This document shows positions 58,468 through 64,000 of a stretch of DNA of 64,000 nt, one piece after another. A program made the translations under genes and the position numbers. The notes beneath the pieces are model-generated. The model was given only the letters and a program-made list of their open reading frames with translations, had not been told where the DNA came from and ran no database searches. The stretch comes from Candidatus Berkelbacteria bacterium (GTDB lineage Bacteria; Patescibacteriota; UBA1384; 2-12-FULL-50-11): contig JACRAP010000023.1 of the NCBI GenBank assembly GCA_016213365.1, positions 15,871-79,870 of the forward strand, read 5' to 3'. How positions within the stretch are numbered: the stretch's first letter is position 1; each line of letters starts with the position of its first letter.

Positions 58468-58730
58468 AAAAAACTCAAAATGTTCGAGTGTGTTCCAAAC
58501 TAAAGTTGAAGATACTTCTTCTAGTAGCTGTTTACTCTTTCCTGCCTAGAAATATCGCAATTACATAAACGATGCTATCGAGATTGCTCTCGACAGTTAA
58601 ACAGAAAAGAGAAAGTAATTCATGGACCTATAAGTATCCCTTGGCTCAACGCGTTACCGCGCTTACACCTAGGACCTTTCAACCCGGTAGTCTTCCGGGG
58701 GTCTCATAACGAAGATTAATCTTGGGACCT

Positions 58731-58761
<31 letters not shown>

Positions 58762-59039
58762 AGTTATGATCGTAGCTACTCGACAGTGCCCTTGGCAGGA
58801 CAGCCGATACACCAGCGGATCATCCGCTCCGGTCTTCTCATACTAGGAGCCGCCTCCCTCAATCTTCCGCGCTTACAGCAGATGAGGACCGAACTGTCTC
58901 GCGACGTTCTGAACCCAGCTCGCGTACCCTTTTAATTGGCGAACAGCCAAACCCTTGGGACCTTCTCCAGCCCCAGGATAGGATGAGCCGACATCGAGGT
59001 GCCAAACTGCGCCGTCTCTGTGGACGATTGGGCGCAATC

Positions 59040-59076
<37 letters not shown>

Positions 59077-59236
59077 GCCGGCCGTCTCGTACTGAAACCG
59101 GCTGGATCACTTACGCCTGCTTTCGCACCTGCTCGGCTTGTAGGCCTCACAGTCAAGCTCGCTTTTGGGTATACCCTATCGGTACGATTTCCACCCGTAC
59201 CTAGCGAACCTTTGCACGCCTCCGTTACCTTTTAGG

Positions 59237-60123
59237 CAATTTTGTTAACTTAGTTTGTATTTCATCGAGGGAATTATATGGTTTGACACCAATAAGGTAA
59301 ATTTCTCAATTTGACTGGCGGGAATATAGATCTGGTACCCGTCTAACTGCCTCCGAAGCGTCGTCGTAATTACGAATTGGTTCTTCAACAAATCTTGCAA
59401 ATAACTAACACTTTGAACATCAAATGCTTGAGTATTTAGTATTTTTGCGCGATGTTTAGCTGACTTGGATGACCCATCATCCATAAACCAAACCGCTAAT
59501 GATAATTGCGTGACAAATCGTGAAATTGTTCCTGGAATTATCTTTTTTCCTTCTCGATAGAAGAGCTTTCCATACGGCGACAAAGACTCAAGGCCCAAGG
59601 TATTAAAGTAGTAGTTTCTACTTTGCTTACCATTCCTATGCTTTTCTTTTGCTTTTGGTTTCGTCCTTACAAGATTATGTAGTTCGGAGTAAATCCATTC
59701 CACATACTCTTTGTGAGCGAACGATTGCTCAACTTTCAAACGATATGTTCTGCCGTTATTCTGAGTTTCTAAATGTCCGTCACCCAACATTAGTCCGACA
59801 ATTATTTCTATTTGACGGGGCGTTAGATTAACAGATTTTGAAATATCATGAATTTCTGCGGTATTCATACCTATTTAAGCGTCTTGTACAAAGACAAGAC
59901 TCTGTATGTCGCCATACAGTTCAGACTATATCTTCGCTAGAATTTGTAAATACTATTTTCTAGCGCTCGGCGTGTAGTCGTTGAGGGGTCAATTCATTTC
60001 TGAACGACTTCCCTGCTGATTGTCTCCATAGTCCAACCGATTACTCGTTGGAATTTTAGAGAGGTCCCAGCATATAGCCAAGATGCCCCTTTCTGATCGT
60101 TATTATACTGGTGATCATGGTCA
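59237..60123 (-). mobile_element. group I intron at about E. coli LSU position 2262
   Basis: Exons rejoin as GGGGCGGTCGCCT|CCTAAAAGGTAACGG; U before the 5' site; terminal G; P ATGCTGGGA, Q AATCAGCAGG, R TCAACGACTACA, S AAGATATAGTCT. Confidence 0.93.
59245..59868 (-). CDS. intron-encoded double-motif LAGLIDADG homing endonuclease
   Basis: IVGLMLGDG and LAVWFMDDG motifs; lies in the 3' part of the intron. Confidence 0.93.
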   Translation of the reverse strand: MNTAEIHDISKSVNLTPRQIEIIVGLMLGDGHLETQNNGRTYRLKVEQSFAHKEYVEWIYSELHNLVRTKPKAKEKHRNGKQSRNYYFNTLGLESLSPYGKLFYREGKKIIPGTISRFVTQLSLAVWFMDDGSSKSAKHRAKILNTQAFDVQSVSYLQDLLKNQFVITTTLRRQLDGYQIYIPASQIEKFTLLVSNHIIPSMKYKLS

Positions 60124-61415
60124 AGGCGACCGCCCCAGTCAAACTACCCATCTGACACTGTCTTAGTTGTTTTTGCAACTAGTGAGTCTCAAAACAAACG
60201 AAGGGTGGTATTTCACTGTTGTCCGAAGACTCCCACCTATGCTACACATCATGTGCCCTGAAACAATATCAAACTGTAGTAAAGCTCCACGGGGTCTTTC
60301 CGTCTTGCTGCAAGTAGCCGGCATCTTCACCGGCAGTGTAATTTCACCGAGTCCCTCTTTGAGACAGTTTTCAAGTCGTTATGCCATTCGTGCGGGTCGC
60401 TACTTATGCGACAAGGAATTTCGCTACCATAGAACGGTTATAGTTACCGCTGCCGTTCACTCGGGCTTAAATTCGAGCCTCGTCCCGCACTTTGAACACA
60501 AAGTGCTAAATCCTAAATCCTAAGTTCTAAACCCTAAACAGACAAATCCGTTTTGAGTTTAGTGTTTCGAATTTTGAATTTTCACCTTGTGCGCAAGGTG
60601 CGGGAGTCAGCCCTCCTCGTAACCTACGAGCACTGGGCAGGCATCAGCCCCTATACATCTCGTGAGAGATTTGCAGAGACCTAAGTTTTTGTTAAACAGT
60701 CGCTTGAAAGTCATTTGCTGCGGCCAGCACCGCTGCTCCGCACCAGTAAATCCTAAATAACAAGTACTAAATTCAAAACTTGAATTTAGTGTTTTGTGCT
60801 TAGAATTTGCCAATGCGAAGCATTGGGACTGGCAGTCCATATTCCGAAGTTACGGACGCTTTTTTGCCGAGTTCCTTAAAGAGGGTTCACTCGACCACCT
60901 GAGGCTACTCGCCTCAACTACCTGTGTCGGTTTGCGGTACGGATACTAAACATAGTTGACTTAAGAATTTTCTTGCCAGACTTTGAGGTGCTTTCGAAAT
61001 CCAATAATCTTAGCACCCACGGGTCCGTGTCTTCTTAAGGTAGTTGTTTAGTAGTGACGGAATATTAACCGTCTGAACATCGGGGTATTCCCTTAGATCC
61101 GACTAACCCACAGACGATTGGCGTTGCTGTGGAAACCTTAGATATGCGGTGACCAGGGTTCTCACCTGGTTTTCGTTACTCATGCCAACATTCGCACTTC
61201 GTATCGCTCCACAGTCGCTTACGCTTCTGCTTCACTGCAATACGAACGCTCCTCTACCACTCGCAGATAAATCTGCGAATCCTAAAATTCGGTACCTAGC
61301 TTAAGCCCCGTTGAATTTTCCGCGCAAAAAGGCCTAGAGGATTTCTACGCCGCGAAGGCTTTCGCCGACACATTGTAGAGAATCGTAGGATCGACTAGTG
61401 AGCTGTTACGCTTTC

Positions 61416-61447
<32 letters not shown>

Positions 61448-62033
61448 TAGTTGTCTACGCCTTTCCACTTCGTTTTCCACTTAGCTAGAATTTAGGGACC
61501 TTATTTGTAGGTCTGGGCTCTTTCCCTTTAGACCATGCAGCTTAGCCCGCACAGTCTGACTGTATATCCCAAACGGTGTGTATTCGGAGTTTGATAGGAG
61601 GTGAGAGCTTGCGCCCCCAAACTCCTTTCAGTGCTCTACCCCACACCATGCGGATATACGCTATACCTATATATATTTCGAGGAGAACCAGCTATCTCCG
61701 GGTTCGATTAGTATTTTACCGCTTACCACAAGTCATCCCCCAATTTTGCTACATTGGTGGGTTCGGCCCTCCCTGCTAGGTTTCCCTAGAGTTCAGCCTG
61801 CTCATGGCAAGATCACCCGGTTTCGGGTCTAATCCCTGCTGCTAACAGTCGCGCTATTAACACTCGCTTTCGCTTCGCGTTCGATGCATAACATCTTACA
61901 CTCGCAACAAAGATTAACTCGTTGGCTCATTCTTCAAAAGGCACGCCGTCATCCGCCAATTGGCGGACTCCGACTCCTTGTATGCACATAGTTTCAGGTA
62001 CTATTTCACTCCCATACTCTGGGTACTTTTCAT

Positions 62034-62064
<31 letters not shown>

Positions 62065-62989
62065 TAGATATAGTATTTAGCCTTACGGCACGATCACCGT
62101 ACCTTCCGACTGGATTACACGTGTCCAGCCGTACTCAGGATCAGTATCCAAACGGTAAAGTAGTTTAAAATACGGGACTATCACCCCCTATGGTGGTCTT
62201 TTCCAAGATCCTTCTTCTACTACTTTTTGAACTCGTTCGATTTTACAATCTGATACTGCCCTATAACCCTCGCGCATCTCATGTTGGACGCAAGCAAAAA
62301 CAAATTTTCAAAAGGCTAGATCCATTAATTTTAAAGAATCGCCTGTTACTTACTTACGCCCAAGATGAGACACACGAGTTTGGGCTTTTCCCTATTCGCT
62401 CGCCGCTACTGGGGGAATCGTTACTACTTTCTTTTCCTCCGGCTACTAAGATGTTTCAGTTCGCCGGGTGCCTCTGTCGCTTCGCTTCAAACTCAAAATT
62501 ACAAACTCTAAATCCAAAATCAAAATATCCGTTTTGAGTTTTGAACTTTGAGCTTTGAATTTAAAGTGAAGCGACATAATGTCGGTTCACGACATTGGGT
62601 TTCCCCATTCGGAAATCGCCGGATCAAAGCTTGTTGTCAGCTCCCCGACGCTTATCGCAGACTACTACGTCCTTCATCAGCTATATCTACCAAGACATCC
62701 TCTATGTGCACTTTGGTGAATTACTTACTCTGTCTTTCACGGAAAGTGAATTAGACAGAGTTACTTGACCAACTTTTTCCATTTCTGGGATACAGAAATT
62801 TGAAAGTTGGACTTTTTTGCTAAAAGTTGAAATATCTTCAACTTTAGCTTGGAACCTAGTTGTTAAGATGACGCAAGTTAACAAAAAGCCGCTGTTGGCG
62901 GCCGTAAAGTCAACCAAAAAACAGTTGGCTTTTAACCGGCTCCTCCTTTGGTTTTACTTAACATGTACCTAACAATTTTAATTGATTCG

Positions 62990-63445
62990 TTAAGGCGTGT
63001 CAACAGGTGAATTTGCGCCCGTACTACCAAAACCACCGCGACTTTTGCTTGATAGCTTGTCCTTAGAAATTTCAACAAATTTTATTTTTGGTACTGGTAA
63101 AATCATCGCTTGGGCGATTCGCTGATATTTTTCTACTTTTACCGGCTTGTTAGTGTTATTTTGTACGATAATTTTTACCTCGTCAGTTGCCCCGCAATAG
63201 TCTGAGTCAACTGTACCTGGTGAGTTAGCGATCGAAAGCCCAGTTTTAGGAGTGCTAGATCTTGGGACAACAGCCATGTAATACCCCTTTGGAATAACAA
63301 AAACTAGGCCAGTCGGGAGATAAGCGATGCTACTAGGTTCAATAGTAACATCTTCAATTACTTCTAAGTCAAAACAGGCGGCGCCTTCGGTTTGGTATTT
63401 AGGGATATTGGCGTCTGAATTTATCCTGTGAATCTGTACATCCAT
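62990..63445 (-). CDS. dut: dUTP diphosphatase
   Basis: ACFDL, PRSS, GTVDSDY, RIAQ, RGGFGSTG. Confidence 0.96.
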   Translation of the reverse strand: MDVQIHRINSDANIPKYQTEGAACFDLEVIEDVTIEPSSIAYLPTGLVFVIPKGYYMAVVPRSSTPKTGLSIANSPGTVDSDYCGATDEVKIIVQNNTNKPVKVEKYQRIAQAMILPVPKIKFVEISKDKLSSKSRGGFGSTGANSPVDTP

Positions 63446-63484
63446 ACACAAAAAATAACCTAAATTCAGACAATATCAACTCAG

Positions 63485-64000
63485 TTAAAGCACCTGAATA
63501 CTGTTCAGGATATCCTTTATTTCACCTGTTACTGCCTGTGGCGTGTTTACTTCTTTTAATAGTAGCTGTGTTACCACAGTTGTGCCCGGAACGGTTAACA
63601 CAACATAAGGTTGAAGAGCGGTGCCGTTAGCTACCCAGTAACAAGTAGTTTCATCGATAACGGTGGTGCCTATCTTTTCTGTAAGTACAGGGTTAGTTGA
63701 ATTAAAACTAGAGCTACCGTCGGCGACAAATACAGTTTTCGTTTCCTCGCCTGCGAGCGCTTTTGCGTAATCGGCGCTGTTTTTTATGGTACAGCTATTT
63801 CGTAGATTGGCTTCTTGGTTAGTTGTTGCCTGGGAACATTGCTCGGACACCTTAAAACTATTTAACTGAAGCGAGCTATTAGCGGCGACCTTAAATAACA
63901 CCTCAATTAGCTGTACTGAATCTGTAGTTGATGAAAGACCGGAAATGTAGTTTTTTGTATCTGTATAGTTAGCGGCACTGAAATAGAGTATCGAGTTATC
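63485..64000 (-). CDS. hypothetical protein, 5' end outside the window
   Basis: Frame stays open to the window edge; Ser/Thr-rich, probably extracellular. Confidence 0.65.
   Translation of the reverse strand, partial: DNSILYFSAANYTDTKNYISGLSSTTDSVQLIEVLFKVAANSSLQLNSFKVSEQCSQATTNQEANLRNSCTIKNSADYAKALAGEETKTVFVADGSSSFNSTNPVLTEKIGTTVIDETTCYWVANGTALQPYVVLTVPGTTVVTQLLLKEVNTPQAVTGEIKDILNSIQVL

Overview
This window looks like a reduced-genome Patescibacteria (CPR) chromosome segment, standard genetic code, with most genes on the minus strand. In order it holds: a GC-rich 2 kb island with two secreted-protein genes; a promoter-and-terminator-bounded candidate ncRNA of about 430 nt; cysS inside about 143-bp inverted repeats; recR-topA-dprA; rplU-secE-nusG-rplK with no rplA; rodA and RNase H; a type IV pilus cluster; a tRNA cluster (Thr, Tyr, Thr, rpmG, Trp) with an HTH-LAGLIDADG-like gene between two tRNAs; argS, tyrS, PBP1A, radA and recJ; a dcw cluster; glyQS, alr and recO; and a 23S-5S unit with no adjacent 16S. 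The 23S carries a group I intron with a LAGLIDADG endonuclease, several hairpin expansions and a truncated L1 stalk. The most unusual structure is the tRNA-Trp locus. An intact tRNA-Trp sits in the anticodon-arm position of a larger colinear copy of itself whose D- and T-loops carry hairpin inserts. A duplicate of the modified 3' end brackets a HEPN-motif gene. Similar hairpin-interrupted echo copies follow the 5S gene. All calls come from reading the sequence by eye, and no searches were run.
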